Shown: positions 1 through 9,708 of the stretch, piece after piece
Layout of the letters: every line of letters starts with the position of its first letter
Numbering within the stretch: position 1 is the first letter of the stretch
NCBI GenBank assembly: GCA_043824495.1
Contig: JBDRSV010000024.1
Span: forward strand, 91,056-155,055
From: Candidatus Aenigmatarchaeota archaeon
GTDB taxonomy: Archaea > Aenigmatarchaeota > Aenigmatarchaeia > QMZP01
Reading direction: 5' to 3'
DNA: 64,000 nucleotides
Notes under the pieces: generated by a model
Seen by the model: only the letters and a program-made list of their open reading frames with translations
The model's database searches: none
What the model was told of the DNA's origin: nothing
Position numbers and translations under genes: made by a program

Positions 1-767
1 TTTTCTATCCCAACCACTTTTCTATGCTGGGCGACATCCAAGTAAAAGGCGCCGTAAATGCTATTCCGAAAACGGCTACAGCAGAAATTTGGGTGGCATA
101 TCTCGATTCGAACGGAATCGAAGAGAGACTACGTCCCATCAGATCCGAGCTGAAAAAGGAATTTGCATCAAGCGATTCCAATCTCGCGATCATATTCAGG
201 TCTAGTTCTCGGACTGAGTTTATGGCAGACGAAGTGGCGCATGATGTGATCAATTTTCTCCTGGAGATGCCAGACGGTGTCATTAGCATGTCACTTGATC
301 TGGAGGATGTTCCATACACATCCTCGAATGTTGGAGTCGTGAAAATCGAAAACGACTCTCTGGTTGTGGAAATATTGTCCCGATCCTTCTCTGATGACGA
401 TCTTTCCTGTATGAAAATGGAGATCGATCGCATCTGCCAGAGTCACAGTGCCACTGTAGAGTTCCCTGTAGAATCTTCAGGTTGGGAACCAAACCCTGAC
501 TCATATCTCCTTCAGGTCGCGCAAAAAACATGGGGTGAATGCGTTGGTGAGAATCTCAAACTTGTGGCAGTTCACGCAGGGTTGGAAGCTGGCGCAATTC
601 AAAACCGATGTGAAATCCTGTTTCCTAACAGGATAATGGACGTCATCTCACTTGGCCCCCAAATCGAGAAATCACACACATCAGATGAGAGAGCGTCCAT
701 CACATCCGTCGTCCAACTCTACAATTTCATGAAAGTTTTCGTGCTCGAATTGGTACATGAAAACTGA
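1..767 (+). CDS. Xaa-His dipeptidase (PepD-like, M20 family) C-terminal fragment, 5' end outside the window
   Basis: Open frame from base 3 to the stop at 767. Motifs HAGLEAGAIQ and LGPQIEKSHTSDERASI resemble the PepD C-terminus. GC-rich. Confidence 0.45.
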   Translation, partial: FYPNHFSMLGDIQVKGAVNAIPKTATAEIWVAYLDSNGIEERLRPIRSELKKEFASSDSNLAIIFRSSSRTEFMADEVAHDVINFLLEMPDGVISMSLDLEDVPYTSSNVGVVKIENDSLVVEILSRSFSDDDLSCMKMEIDRICQSHSATVEFPVESSGWEPNPDSYLLQVAQKTWGECVGENLKLVAVHAGLEAGAIQNRCEILFPNRIMDVISLGPQIEKSHTSDERASITSVVQLYNFMKVFVLELVHEN

Positions 768-876
768 TTGAGGTCTGTAGTGAATCACGTAGAAAAAAAG
801 GAACAGAAGAGAATGTTAATTTTTTCAAATCAAGCAGCGAACAACAAAGTTCGCTCAGAAAACTGAGGTGATTTTC

Positions 877-2388
877 ATGACTCAACAGGAAGCCCTCACA
901 AGGCTTACAAAACTCTGGGGAAAGGCTGCACTTCTCGATTCTTGTGGCCAGCTTCTGGGATGGGACGAACGAGTTTACATGCCCAGAAAGGGTGCAAAAC
1001 ATCGCGCAGATCAGCTTGCCATGGTGGCGGGAATGGTGCATGAACTCCAGGTTGATCCCAGAATCGGTGATCTTCTGGGTGCAATCAGCGGAAGTGATCT
1101 GGTTCGCGACCCGAGTTCAGACGCTGACGTCATCGTCCGCGAAATCGGCCGGGCTCACTACCGGCTGGTGAAAATGCCGCAATCGCTGGTCGAAGAGATC
1201 ACGCGCGTCACTACGCTCGCCCAGGGTGCGTGGGGCGAGGCGCGCGCCAACTCCGACTTCAAGTCGTTCAAGCCATGGCTGGAGAAAGTCATCGCACTGA
1301 AGAAGCAGGAAGCCGAAGCCGTCGGGTACAAAGACGATCCATACGATGCCATGCTCGATGTTTACGAGCCGGGCGCAACGGTCACCTCAATCGACGAGAT
1401 CTTCGCCAAGAACCGTGAAGAACTCGTGATGCTCCTCGATAAGATCAAAGGCTCGGGCAAAGGCCCCGACACCACGATCATCACCCGTGAATATCCAATC
1501 GAAGCACAGAAGACATTCGGTCACGAGGGCGCTGCCGCAATCGGTTTCGACTTCGAGCGCGGTCGTCTCGATATCACGACCCACCCCTTTTGCGCCGGCA
1601 TCGGCCCCGGCGATACGCGCATCACCACTCGTTACGATGTCCATCATTTCCCCGGCGCGTTCTTCGGTATACTGCACGAGGCCGGACACGGTATCTACGA
1701 CCAATGTCTGCCCGATGACAAGTTTGGCAGTCCGCTGGGTGAGTATATCTCGCTCGGTATCCACGAGTCGCAGTCGCGCATGTGGGAAAATATGGTCGGA
1801 CGCTCACGCGCCTTCTGGACACGCATGTATCCCAAAGCGCAGAAGGCATTCCCCAAAGCGTTAGGCGATGTTCCGGTTGACGCGTTCTATTGGGCGATCA
1901 ACGACGTCCGTCCGTCGTTCATCCGTGTCGAAGCCGACGAGGCCACTTACAACCTGCACATTCTGCTGCGTTTCGAAATGGAGCGCGCGTTCTTCTCGGG
2001 TGACTTGAAGGTCGATGACATCCCGGGCGCCTGGAACGAGAAATTCAAATCATACTTCGGCATCACCCCGCCCAATGACGCGCAGGGCTGCATGCAGGAC
2101 GTTCACTGGAGCGCGGGACTGGTTGGCTATTTCCCGACCTACGCACTTGGCAATCTCTACTCTGCGCAGTTCTTCGCCAAAGCCAACGAGGATCTCGGCG
2201 ACCTCCACGCCCAATTCGCCAAGGGCGAGTTCGCACCGCTGAAGAAGTGGCTGCAAGACAACATCCACAGCCACGGCCGCCGCTATCTCGCATGCGAGCT
2301 GGTCGAACGTGTCACCGGCAAGCCGCTCGGCTCCGAAGCGGTGATGGCGTACATGAACAAGAAGTTCGGTGAACTCTACGGCTTCTGA
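877..2388 (+). CDS. M32 family carboxypeptidase (Taq/thermostable carboxypeptidase 1-like)
   Basis: HEAGHGIYDQ (HExxH) and IHESQSRMWEN (the HESQS motif diagnostic of M32). GAGGTG SD 6 nt upstream of ATG 877. The ORF track starts at GTG 868. Confidence 0.8.
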   Translation: MTQQEALTRLTKLWGKAALLDSCGQLLGWDERVYMPRKGAKHRADQLAMVAGMVHELQVDPRIGDLLGAISGSDLVRDPSSDADVIVREIGRAHYRLVKMPQSLVEEITRVTTLAQGAWGEARANSDFKSFKPWLEKVIALKKQEAEAVGYKDDPYDAMLDVYEPGATVTSIDEIFAKNREELVMLLDKIKGSGKGPDTTIITREYPIEAQKTFGHEGAAAIGFDFERGRLDITTHPFCAGIGPGDTRITTRYDVHHFPGAFFGILHEAGHGIYDQCLPDDKFGSPLGEYISLGIHESQSRMWENMVGRSRAFWTRMYPKAQKAFPKALGDVPVDAFYWAINDVRPSFIRVEADEATYNLHILLRFEMERAFFSGDLKVDDIPGAWNEKFKSYFGITPPNDAQGCMQDVHWSAGLVGYFPTYALGNLYSAQFFAKANEDLGDLHAQFAKGEFAPLKKWLQDNIHSHGRRYLACELVERVTGKPLGSEAVMAYMNKKFGELYGF

Positions 2389-2538
2389 GAAGTACAATAC
2401 ACCGAATAAACCAGAGTCACTAAAACCCGATAACCTTTAATCCCAGTGGCTAGTAGTGTCGGTCGCTGGGCTGTGGTTCGAGGGAGTTCGCCACAAGAGG
2501 CTCGATGTTCAAGGAGACTGGACTCGAAAGGTTGACAA

Positions 2539-2947
2539 CATGATGAGACGCATGATTTTCTTGTTGCTGTCGCTTCTGCTGGTGATCAGTTGCTCAGACT
2601 CGGATACTTCAGACGGTTTCTTCCCAAGTCTTGACGAGCAGTATGCTCAGGGTCTGGGAATGTCTTCTGACAAACCATTTCAGGGATTTTATGATCTTAG
2701 TAGTGGATGCAAGATCATACCTGGTGGTCATGTCGAAATTTGCTGCAGAATCCAAGGCGGTCTTAGTCTGGCTGTCAAGGACGCAGTGAATCGCTCCGAT
2801 CGACTAAAAATAGAATTCGGTGGTATCGAGAGCGTCTTATTCGAATCTGGTCAGACAGAAGACACCTTGCGATTGACGGCGATTTCCGAAAAACACCGCG
2901 AGAAAAGGTTGTACATTGTGGTGGTGAACAGTGCTGTGGGGACATAG
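2539..2947 (+). CDS. lipoprotein (hypothetical)
   Basis: MMRRMIFLLLSLLLVISC shows a signal peptide with lipobox LVISC. The ORF track gives 2456..2947; ATG 2539 preferred. Confidence 0.5.
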
Positions 2948-2966
2948 GTTCTCGCCGCGAATCCAA

Positions 2967-3010
2967 ACAGGTATTCAAGAAGAGTCAATTCCTTCTGCCT
3001 GTTTTTAATT
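2967..3010 (+). terminator. intrinsic terminator-like hairpin followed by T-run
   Basis: AAACAGG...CCTGTTTTTAATTT immediately after the lipoprotein stop. Confidence 0.4.
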
Positions 3011-3030
3011 TGTCTAATTAAAGGGATATA
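3008..3030 (-). repeat. junction motif copy 1 (AATTTGTCTAATTAAAGGGATATA; reverse-complement orientation)
   Basis: Matches four other copies at 17660, 20176, 36287 and 56967. Sits exactly at the GC-to-AT composition switch. Confidence 0.85.
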
Positions 3031-3110
3031 GAAAGAAAAAATTAGAAATGTTCAGACATATAAACCTTATAAACTATAATGCTCAATAATTGGTATAATT
3101 CGAAAGGAAA

Positions 3111-3458
3111 ATGACATATATGAAAGCTAAGACAGATATTGGGGTTGGTTTGAAGCCACCTGAGCATAAATGTGAAGAAGAAAACTGTGCATGGCACGGG
3201 AAATTGCCTGTCAGAGGCAGAGTGTTTAGAGGTAGAGTTAGGGCCGCTAAATCTCAGAAAACAGCTATAATCGACTGGGGATTCCATAGATTCGTGCCTA
3301 AATACGAGAGATATGAGAGAAGAAAATCAAGAGTGACTGTTCATAATCCTGGCTGTATGAATGCTAAAGAAGGGGATAATGTTGTAATAGCAGAATGCAG
3401 ACCAATTTCAAAGACAAAGCACTTTGTAATTGTTGGTGTGCAAAAGGAAGGAAAATAA
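3111..3458 (+). CDS. rps17: 30S ribosomal protein S17 (uS17)
   Basis: KTAIIDWGFHRFVPKYERYERRKSRVTVHNP and GDNVVIAECRPISKTKHFVIV are typical archaeal uS17. Confidence 0.8.
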   Translation: MTYMKAKTDIGVGLKPPEHKCEEENCAWHGKLPVRGRVFRGRVRAAKSQKTAIIDWGFHRFVPKYERYERRKSRVTVHNPGCMNAKEGDNVVIAECRPISKTKHFVIVGVQKEGK

Positions 3459-3459
3459 T

Positions 3460-3858
3460 ATGAAAGCGATATCAGCCAATATGACAAGGTGTTTGCCTGT
3501 GGGAGCAAGAATTAATTGTGTAGATAATTCAGGAGCAAAAATAATTAGAATAATTTCTGTAAGAGGATTTAAAGGTATACGAAGAACAATTCCTTCAACT
3601 GGTATTGCTGGTTTATTCCAGTGTAAAGTACTCAAAGGAAATGAGAAAGTTCGACATCTGGTTCATAAAGCTGTTATTGTAAGACAAACAAAAGAATTCA
3701 GAAGAGCAGACGGAACAAGAGTGTCATTCGAAGATAATGCAGCTGTATTAGTGGATGACAAAGGGGATCCAAAGGGTAATAGCATCAAGGGTCCTATTGC
3801 AAGGGAAGTTGTTGAGAGATTCCCAACAATTGGTAAGATTGCAAGCACAGTAGTTTAA
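3460..3858 (+). CDS. rpl14: 50S ribosomal protein L14 (uL14)
   Basis: CVDNSGAK, AVIVRQTKEFRR and FEDNAAVLV motifs. The ATG at 3460 follows the S17 stop. Confidence 0.85.
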   Translation: MKAISANMTRCLPVGARINCVDNSGAKIIRIISVRGFKGIRRTIPSTGIAGLFQCKVLKGNEKVRHLVHKAVIVRQTKEFRRADGTRVSFEDNAAVLVDDKGDPKGNSIKGPIAREVVERFPTIGKIASTVV

Positions 3859-4211
3859 TGGTGACTGACATGACAGATAACATAGATTTCAGTGAATTCC
3901 AAAAAGTTAATATAAGAATAGGAACAATTGAAGCAGCTGAGCCTGTTGAGAACACAGAAAAGCTGTTGAGGCTTCAAATAAGTTTAGGCGAAGAGAAGAG
4001 ACAAATTGTTTCTAGTATAGCAAAGGATTTCACACCTGATCAACTCATTGGTAAGCAAATACCAATACTTACCAACCTGGAGCCAAAAAGTTTCAGAGGA
4101 ATTGAAAGTCAGGGTATGATCTTACTGGTCGTAGAGGAACAAGATGGTTCAGAAAAGCTCACATTAATAACGCCTGAAAATAAAGTTCCTACAGGATCTA
4201 CAGTCAGGTAA
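3858..4211 (+). CDS. tRNA-binding domain protein (Trbp111/EMAP/MetRS C-terminal-like OB fold)
   Basis: VNIRIGTI...EKLLRLQISLGEE...GKQIPILTNLEPKSFRGIESQGMIL pattern. ATG overlaps the L14 stop (TAATG). Confidence 0.55.
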   Translation: MVTDMTDNIDFSEFQKVNIRIGTIEAAEPVENTEKLLRLQISLGEEKRQIVSSIAKDFTPDQLIGKQIPILTNLEPKSFRGIESQGMILLVVEEQDGSEKLTLITPENKVPTGSTVR

Positions 4212-4216
4212 GAGTA

Positions 4217-4561
4217 ATGTCAAAAAAGAGAACAGTTGCAATATTGGTGGGGATATTAATGTTGTTATTGGTATTCCTGGTCGTACTACCGCTATCATTC
4301 GACTCTTCATTGGGAGCTGACTCATTACCTGATTCAGCTTTTTATGAAATTGAATTAGCAGGTGAGAACATAGCATGTGGTATATCACTTGATAGAAAAG
4401 CATGTTTGCTTGAACTTGCTAATGAAAGAGACCAAGAAGTGGAAGAGTTAAATATAAAACAAAGAAGATTATTCGATGAAGATGAAAAGCAACAGTATGA
4501 ATTGCTCATAATTAAAACTGAAAACGCAGCTTCGAGATTAAGAATCGAGGCACTAAAATAG
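4217..4561 (+). CDS. hypothetical membrane-anchored protein
   Basis: N-terminal TM helix VAILVGILMLLLVFLVVLPL and an acidic coiled-coil C-terminus. No recognisable family. Confidence 0.4.
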   Translation: MSKKRTVAILVGILMLLLVFLVVLPLSFDSSLGADSLPDSAFYEIELAGENIACGISLDRKACLLELANERDQEVEELNIKQRRLFDEDEKQQYELLIIKTENAASRLRIEALK

Positions 4562-4569
4562 GAGATCAA

Positions 4570-5094
4570 ATGAAACAGACATGGTCTAAAGACTGGTTGA
4601 GTTCAAAACAACCAAGAAAGCAAAGGAAATATAGAGCTAATGCACCGCTCCATATTAGACGTAAGTTTATTTCTGCACACTTGAGTGAAGATTTGAGAAG
4701 ACAATTCAGTAGAAGAGCATTCCCTCTAAGAAAAGGTGATCAAGTAGAAATTATGAGAGGTAGCTTCAGAGGTAAGAAAGGTCAGGTAACTCGAGTAAAC
4801 TTGTCAAAAAGTAAAGTTTACGTTGAAGGTGTAAACGTGAAAAAAGTGGATGGATCTGAAGTTGCAAGAGGAATCCAACCTTCCAACATTAGAATAATCA
4901 GTCTGAACCTTGACGATAAAAAGAGAAGAATCGCTGTAGACAGAACAAGAGACCAGAAAAAATCTGTAAAAGAAACAGTCAAAGAAGTGAAAACAGAAAA
5001 AGAAACAAAACCGGTAGCTAAACCAGATAAATCAAAAGTTCCAGCGAAAGAAGCTAAAACCACTCCTAAAAAATTAACAAAGGAAGGGAAATGA
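4570..5094 (+). CDS. rpl24: 50S ribosomal protein L24 (uL24) with Lys-rich C-terminal tail
   Basis: SKQPRKQRK...RKGDQVEIMRGSFRGKKGQVTRV is the KOW domain. Confidence 0.8.
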   Translation: MKQTWSKDWLSSKQPRKQRKYRANAPLHIRRKFISAHLSEDLRRQFSRRAFPLRKGDQVEIMRGSFRGKKGQVTRVNLSKSKVYVEGVNVKKVDGSEVARGIQPSNIRIISLNLDDKKRRIAVDRTRDQKKSVKETVKEVKTEKETKPVAKPDKSKVPAKEAKTTPKKLTKEGK

Positions 5095-5135
5095 GTTACT
5101 TTATGCTTAAATAGTTAATAATTAAGAGGTTTGAT

Positions 5136-5846
5136 ATGTCACATTTAAAGAGATACGCGATGCCAAGGAACTGGCCAGTTGAGGTCAAGAAGAAAATTTT
5201 TATAGTTAGACCTATGCCTGGGCCTCATGCTATAAATAGATGCATACCTCTAAAAATTCTGATTAAAGATTCTCTAGACTATGCAGATACATCAAGAGAA
5301 GCAAAGAAAATTATCACATCAGGAAAAGTTAAAGTTGATGGTGTGATAAGAAGAGATGTTAAGTTTCCTGTGGGATTGATGGATGTTATAGAATTGCCTG
5401 ATGCAAAGGAAGCTTATAGAGTTGTTCTCAATAGAAGAGGAATAATATTGAAGAAGATAAAATCTGATTCTGATAAGAAATTATGTTTAATCAAAAACAA
5501 AGTGAGTGTTAAAAAAGGACATTTTCAACTAAATCTTCATGACGGTAGAAATATACTCCTAAAAACAGGAGCTGACGCTTACAAAACAGGCGATTCCATT
5601 GTTATCCAACTTTCTGATAATAAAATACTCAAGCACTACAAACTAGAAAAAGGAGTACCAGCTTTCATATACGCAGGAAAGAATATGGGTGTCTCAGGAA
5701 CAATAAAGGAAATCAAAAAGAAGAAAACAATGGTAGAGAAATCTGTTATTATATTTAAGACTGATGAAAAAGAAATGGAAACCCTTAAGGGTTACGTTTT
5801 CCCAGGTTACTTGGATTTGGGTGAATCTGGAAAGGAGAGTAAATGA
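5136..5846 (+). CDS. rps4e: 30S ribosomal protein S4e (eS4)
   Basis: MSHLKRYAMPRNWPV, KVKVDGVIRRDVKFPVGLMDVIE. Confidence 0.8.
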   Translation: MSHLKRYAMPRNWPVEVKKKIFIVRPMPGPHAINRCIPLKILIKDSLDYADTSREAKKIITSGKVKVDGVIRRDVKFPVGLMDVIELPDAKEAYRVVLNRRGIILKKIKSDSDKKLCLIKNKVSVKKGHFQLNLHDGRNILLKTGADAYKTGDSIVIQLSDNKILKHYKLEKGVPAFIYAGKNMGVSGTIKEIKKKKTMVEKSVIIFKTDEKEMETLKGYVFPGYLDLGESGKESK

Positions 5847-6352
5847 CAGAAAACCCAATGAGACAGATAAGAATAGAGAAGGTCACTGTAAACATGGGAG
5901 CAGGTGAAGCCGGAGCTAAGTTAGATAATTCTGTTAAGCTTATTGAAAAATTAACAGGAGCTAAAATTGTTATTACAAAAACACATAAAAGAACCACATT
6001 CGGTGGACCAAAGAAAAAACCTATTGGAGCCAAAACAACTCTAAGAGGTAAAAAAGCTGAAGAATTCTTAGAGCTAATGTTAAAAGCTGTTGAAAATAAA
6101 TTAAGAAAAAAACAATTTGATGTTAATGGAAATTTCTCTTTTGGTATAAAAGAATACATTGATATACCAGGTGTCAAATACGATCCAGATATTGGAATTA
6201 TGGGAATGGATATCTGTGTAACATTACAAAGACCTGGATATAGAGTTAAGAATAGAAAAATAAATCAAAGAAAGATTGGGATGAAACACAACATTAAAAA
6301 AGAGGACTCCATGGAATTCATGAAAACTAGATTTAAGGTAGAGGTAGTTTAG
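5843..6352 (+). CDS. rpl5: 50S ribosomal protein L5 (uL5)
   Basis: NPMRQIRIEKVTVNMGAGEAG...FSFGIKEYIDIPGVKYDPDIGIMGMDI. Confidence 0.8.
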   Translation: MTENPMRQIRIEKVTVNMGAGEAGAKLDNSVKLIEKLTGAKIVITKTHKRTTFGGPKKKPIGAKTTLRGKKAEEFLELMLKAVENKLRKKQFDVNGNFSFGIKEYIDIPGVKYDPDIGIMGMDICVTLQRPGYRVKNRKINQRKIGMKHNIKKEDSMEFMKTRFKVEVV

Positions 6353-6574
6353 ATGTCATTTTTAAAAGTTAGAAAACAGATAGAGAAAAAACCTATCAAG
6401 GTTGCAAGATATGATAAATTTAACAAACCAAAAAAGAGAAAATTCGGAAAAAATATTCATAGATGCGCAAAATGTAACAGAACAGGCGGGATGATAAATA
6501 AGTACGATTTACATTATTGTAGACAGTGCTTCAGAGAACAAGCAGAAAAATTAGGATTTGTAAAATATAGTTAG
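6353..6574 (+). CDS. rps14: 30S ribosomal protein S14 type Z (uS14, zinc-binding)
   Basis: CAKCNRTGGMINKYDLHYCRQCFRE with four Cys. Confidence 0.75.
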   Translation: MSFLKVRKQIEKKPIKVARYDKFNKPKKRKFGKNIHRCAKCNRTGGMINKYDLHYCRQCFREQAEKLGFVKYS

Positions 6575-6582
6575 GAGTTAAT

Positions 6583-6969
6583 ATGAGACACGATTTAATT
6601 TCAGATGCATTATGCATAATAAAAAACGCAGAATTCATTGGTAAAAAGGAGTGTAAGGTTCCTGTGTCTAAGTTAATTAAAGGTATGTTGACAATCATAA
6701 AAACCAATGAATACATTAAGGATTTCAAGTTAACACATGAAGAGAAAGGAGATTATTTTCATGTTCATCTTGCAGGTAAAATAAATGATTGTAATTCTAT
6801 TAGACCACAATACTCATTCCAAGTAAAAGACGTTGTTAAATGGGAAAAAAGATTCCTTCCAGCAAGAGAGATAGGAATTTTAATTATTACCACATCAAAG
6901 GGCATAATGGATCAAAGACAAGCAGAAAAAGAAAAATCCGGTGGTAGATTACTGGGTTATGTTTACTAG
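6583..6969 (+). CDS. rps8: 30S ribosomal protein S8 (uS8)
   Basis: DLISDALCIIKNAE...IITTSKGIMDQRQAEKEKSGGRLLGYVY. Confidence 0.8.
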   Translation: MRHDLISDALCIIKNAEFIGKKECKVPVSKLIKGMLTIIKTNEYIKDFKLTHEEKGDYFHVHLAGKINDCNSIRPQYSFQVKDVVKWEKRFLPAREIGILIITTSKGIMDQRQAEKEKSGGRLLGYVY

Positions 6970-6977
6970 GTGATTAT

Positions 6978-7241
6978 ATGATAACAAGCAGAGACATTAA
7001 ACATGCAGAAGAGCAAAAAAAATTGTTGATTGGAACAAAAAGTATAGTGAAATCACTAAAAATCGGGGAACTGGAAAGAGTCATTTATGCTTCTAATTGC
7101 CCAGAATCCACATTGAAGGATATAAATTATTATTTAAAATTAACTAAAACTGAAGTGGAATTATTCGATGGAAATTCTTCAAAACTAGGTGAAACCTGCG
7201 GTAAACCCTTTAATATACTTATGATCGCAATAAAGAAGTAG
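6978..7241 (+). CDS. rpl30e: 50S ribosomal protein L30e (eL30)
   Basis: LLIGTKSIVKSLKIGELERVIYASNCPE...KLGETCGKPFNILMIAI. Confidence 0.7.
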   Translation: MITSRDIKHAEEQKKLLIGTKSIVKSLKIGELERVIYASNCPESTLKDINYYLKLTKTEVELFDGNSSKLGETCGKPFNILMIAIKK

Positions 7242-7247
7242 ATAAAT

Positions 7248-7652
7248 ATGCCAATAAAACTAGAAACAATGACAATTAGAACTATTGCAACATTTGAAAA
7301 CGTAACGAACGTTCATGCGGTGGATTGCATAATTGCAGACGATTACATGTGTTTTCTTGTTGATCCTGAAAAAGTTGGCTTAGCAATTGGCAAAAACGGA
7401 TCAACAATAAAACAATTAAGAAAAATGTTTAATAAACAAATAAAAGTGTTCGGTTACTACAGAGATCCAGAATCTCTTGTAAAGGGGGTAATACCCGAAG
7501 TAATTGAAATAGAACAAAATAGTGGAGCTTTGGTAGCTACTCTCCCAAGCGGAGAAAAATTATCTATAATAGAGAAAAACAACAAGAATATTAAGATACT
7601 AAAGGAAATATTAAAGAGACATTTTTCCATCAAGACATTAAAACTCAGATAA
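7248..7652 (+). CDS. nusA: archaeal NusA-like KH-domain transcription termination factor
   Basis: KH GxxG motif VGLAIGKNGSTIKQLRKMF. Size and L30e-NusA-S12-S7 context are typical of archaea. Confidence 0.6.
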   Translation: MPIKLETMTIRTIATFENVTNVHAVDCIIADDYMCFLVDPEKVGLAIGKNGSTIKQLRKMFNKQIKVFGYYRDPESLVKGVIPEVIEIEQNSGALVATLPSGEKLSIIEKNNKNIKILKEILKRHFSIKTLKLR

Positions 7653-7657
7653 GATAT

Positions 7658-8287
7658 ATGATTCAAATGAAAATTAAGATAATAAAAAAATCTGGAAATG
7701 ACCTTGAATTCACAGCTGAAAACATCAGTATACCTTTAGCAAATGCACTTAGAAGGATAATGATTTCTGAAGTGCCAACATTATCAGTTGACTGGATTGA
7801 TATTCATAATAATACATCTGTTTTGTTTGATGAGATGATATCTCACAGAATTGGTTTAATTCCAATAAAATTCAACCCTGATAAATTTAACTTTATAGAT
7901 GATTGTAAATGTGAAGGCAAAGGATGTACATTGTGTCAAGCAGTGTTCTCAGTGACCAAGAAAGGTCCATGTATTGTTTATTCGGGGGACATGAAACCTG
8001 CAAACAAAGAAGCAATTTTCACAGATCCTAAATTCCCTATAGTTGAACTTCTAGAAAATCAAGAAATCAAACTAGATGCTATTGCAAGACTTGGAATAGG
8101 ACAAAATCACTCAAAGAATCAAGCAGCTATAGCAGCATATGAATATGATGGTGACGGAAAAGCATTGAAATTTAAATTTAAGATAGAGTCTGTATCAGGT
8201 TTGAAACCTGATTACATTGTTGAAAAAGCAGCACATATATTAGAATTAAAAGCAGCGGAATTTAAGAAGGAAGTCAATAAGATATGA
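7658..8287 (+). CDS. rpoD: DNA-directed RNA polymerase subunit D (Rpo3)
   Basis: ANALRRIMISEVPT signature and a CKCEGKGCTLC four-Cys cluster. Confidence 0.8.
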   Translation: MIQMKIKIIKKSGNDLEFTAENISIPLANALRRIMISEVPTLSVDWIDIHNNTSVLFDEMISHRIGLIPIKFNPDKFNFIDDCKCEGKGCTLCQAVFSVTKKGPCIVYSGDMKPANKEAIFTDPKFPIVELLENQEIKLDAIARLGIGQNHSKNQAAIAAYEYDGDGKALKFKFKIESVSGLKPDYIVEKAAHILELKAAEFKKEVNKI

Positions 8288-8496
8288 GCGCTCAATTGGT
8301 TGTATCCTGGATCCTTGGTAGCATATTCATGCTAGGAGGGGTATGGATAATAACAAACCTCGAGATGAATCTTGGGGTGACCGAGTCCTCTTATATTGTC
8401 GCTCTTATTATAGCATTTATCATGTTCCTTCTAGCTGGTTTCCTATGGATTTCGGTTGCCGTGGGTACAGAAAAACAGCCGCATCACCACCATTAA
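8284..8496 (+). CDS. small hypothetical membrane protein
   Basis: Two TM helices. ATGA overlap with the rpoD stop. Ends QPHHHH. Confidence 0.4.
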   Translation: MSAQLVVSWILGSIFMLGGVWIITNLEMNLGVTESSYIVALIIAFIMFLLAGFLWISVAVGTEKQPHHHH

Positions 8497-8606
8497 TTCC
8501 GAAATGAGCTATTCCTGCATTTATAAATATTTATATCAATAAGAACCAATATACTCACAAAATCTATATAAATCCTTGAGCTGAATAAGCTCATACAAGT
8601 GATATC

Positions 8607-9029
8607 ATGGGACAATTTGGAGCACGAGAATTAAAGAAAAAGAGGAAAAAGTTTAGATGGAAATCTACAAAACACAAGAGACATCAGCTAAAATTATGGA
8701 AGAAATCACCTCTTAGAGGAGCTCCTATCGGAAAAGGTATAGTTCTTAAGAAGAAGGGTATTGAACAAAAACAGCCACATTCTGGTATTATTAAAGCTGT
8801 CAGAGTACAGATAGTTAAAAACGGTATTAATGTTACAGCATTTGTACCAAAAACAGGTGCAATCAAGCATATAGACGAGCATGACGAAGTAACAATAGAA
8901 GGAATGGGCGGATCTCAGGGTGGAGCTGTCGGTTCTATGCACGGTATCAAGTTTAAGGTTTTCAAGGTGAATAATATTTCTTTGAAAGAAATTCTAAAGG
9001 GGAAAAAACAGAAGTCTAAGGGCGGTTAA
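8607..9029 (+). CDS. rps12: 30S ribosomal protein S12 (uS12)
   Basis: [36 protein letters not shown]...VTAFVP...[11 protein letters not shown]. Confidence 0.85.
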   Translation: MGQFGARELKKKRKKFRWKSTKHKRHQLKLWKKSPLRGAPIGKGIVLKKKGIEQKQPHSGIIKAVRVQIVKNGINVTAFVPKTGAIKHIDEHDEVTIEGMGGSQGGAVGSMHGIKFKVFKVNNISLKEILKGKKQKSKGG

Positions 9030-9031
9030 TT

Positions 9032-9622
9032 ATGTCAATATTACTTTTTAATAGATGGGATACGAGCAAAGTTGAAGTCCAAGATCCTAGTCTTAAGAGA
9101 TATGTTAATTTGGAACCTGTTATAGTACCTAGAACTAACGGTAAAATGAGAGGTCAGCACAAATATAAAGTTAATATAGTTGAAAGATTCACAAACAGAC
9201 TCATGGTTAATGGCCATAGAGGAAAAAAACATAAAATCACATCAGGTCATCATGTTGGAAATACAGCAACACTTTTCAATCACATGAAAGCTGCTTTCAC
9301 AGAAATAGAAAACAAGACAAAGAAAGATCCTGTGCAAGTTCTTGTACACGCAATAGAGAATTCTTCAGTAGTTGAAGAGGTTGCTTCTTACAGAATGGGT
9401 GGCATAATGGCTAGAAAAGCTGTTGTAGTGTCTCCTCAGAGAAGGCTAGACCTAGCATTAAGATACCTCACGCAAGGAATCTACAAGAAGAGCTTCAAAA
9501 ACAGGCAACCTCTCTCAAGAGTCATCGCAGATGAGCTCATAGCTGCTGCTAACAACGACACAAAAGTCTTCGCAATCCAAGAGAAAAACAGAATAGAAAG
9601 AGAAGCCGAAGGCGCTAGATAA
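9032..9622 (+). CDS. rps7: 30S ribosomal protein S7 (uS7)
   Basis: RFTNRLMVNGHRGKKHK...AIENSSVVEEVASYRMGGIMARKAV. Confidence 0.8.
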   Translation: MSILLFNRWDTSKVEVQDPSLKRYVNLEPVIVPRTNGKMRGQHKYKVNIVERFTNRLMVNGHRGKKHKITSGHHVGNTATLFNHMKAAFTEIENKTKKDPVQVLVHAIENSSVVEEVASYRMGGIMARKAVVVSPQRRLDLALRYLTQGIYKKSFKNRQPLSRVIADELIAAANNDTKVFAIQEKNRIEREAEGAR

Positions 9623-9708
9623 TTTTAATGTGCTATTTTTAGTGTCAGTAATTTCGTATAACAGGTAGCTCACACTACTTTTTTCTAAAAATAAAAGAAA
9701 TTGGGTAT

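Noticed and set aside
944-2397. Multiple 60-125 aa ORFs on both strands inside the M32 carboxypeptidase gene (e.g. 1387..1764, 1487..1864, 2050..2397)
   Set aside because: These are typical spurious ORFs in GC-rich coding sequence. They overlap a gene with strong motif support.
8284-8496. C-terminal HHHH in the small membrane protein, read as a possible His-tag or cloning artefact
   Set aside because: There are only four His residues encoded by mixed CAT/CAC codons in native context. It is most likely a natural His-rich tail.
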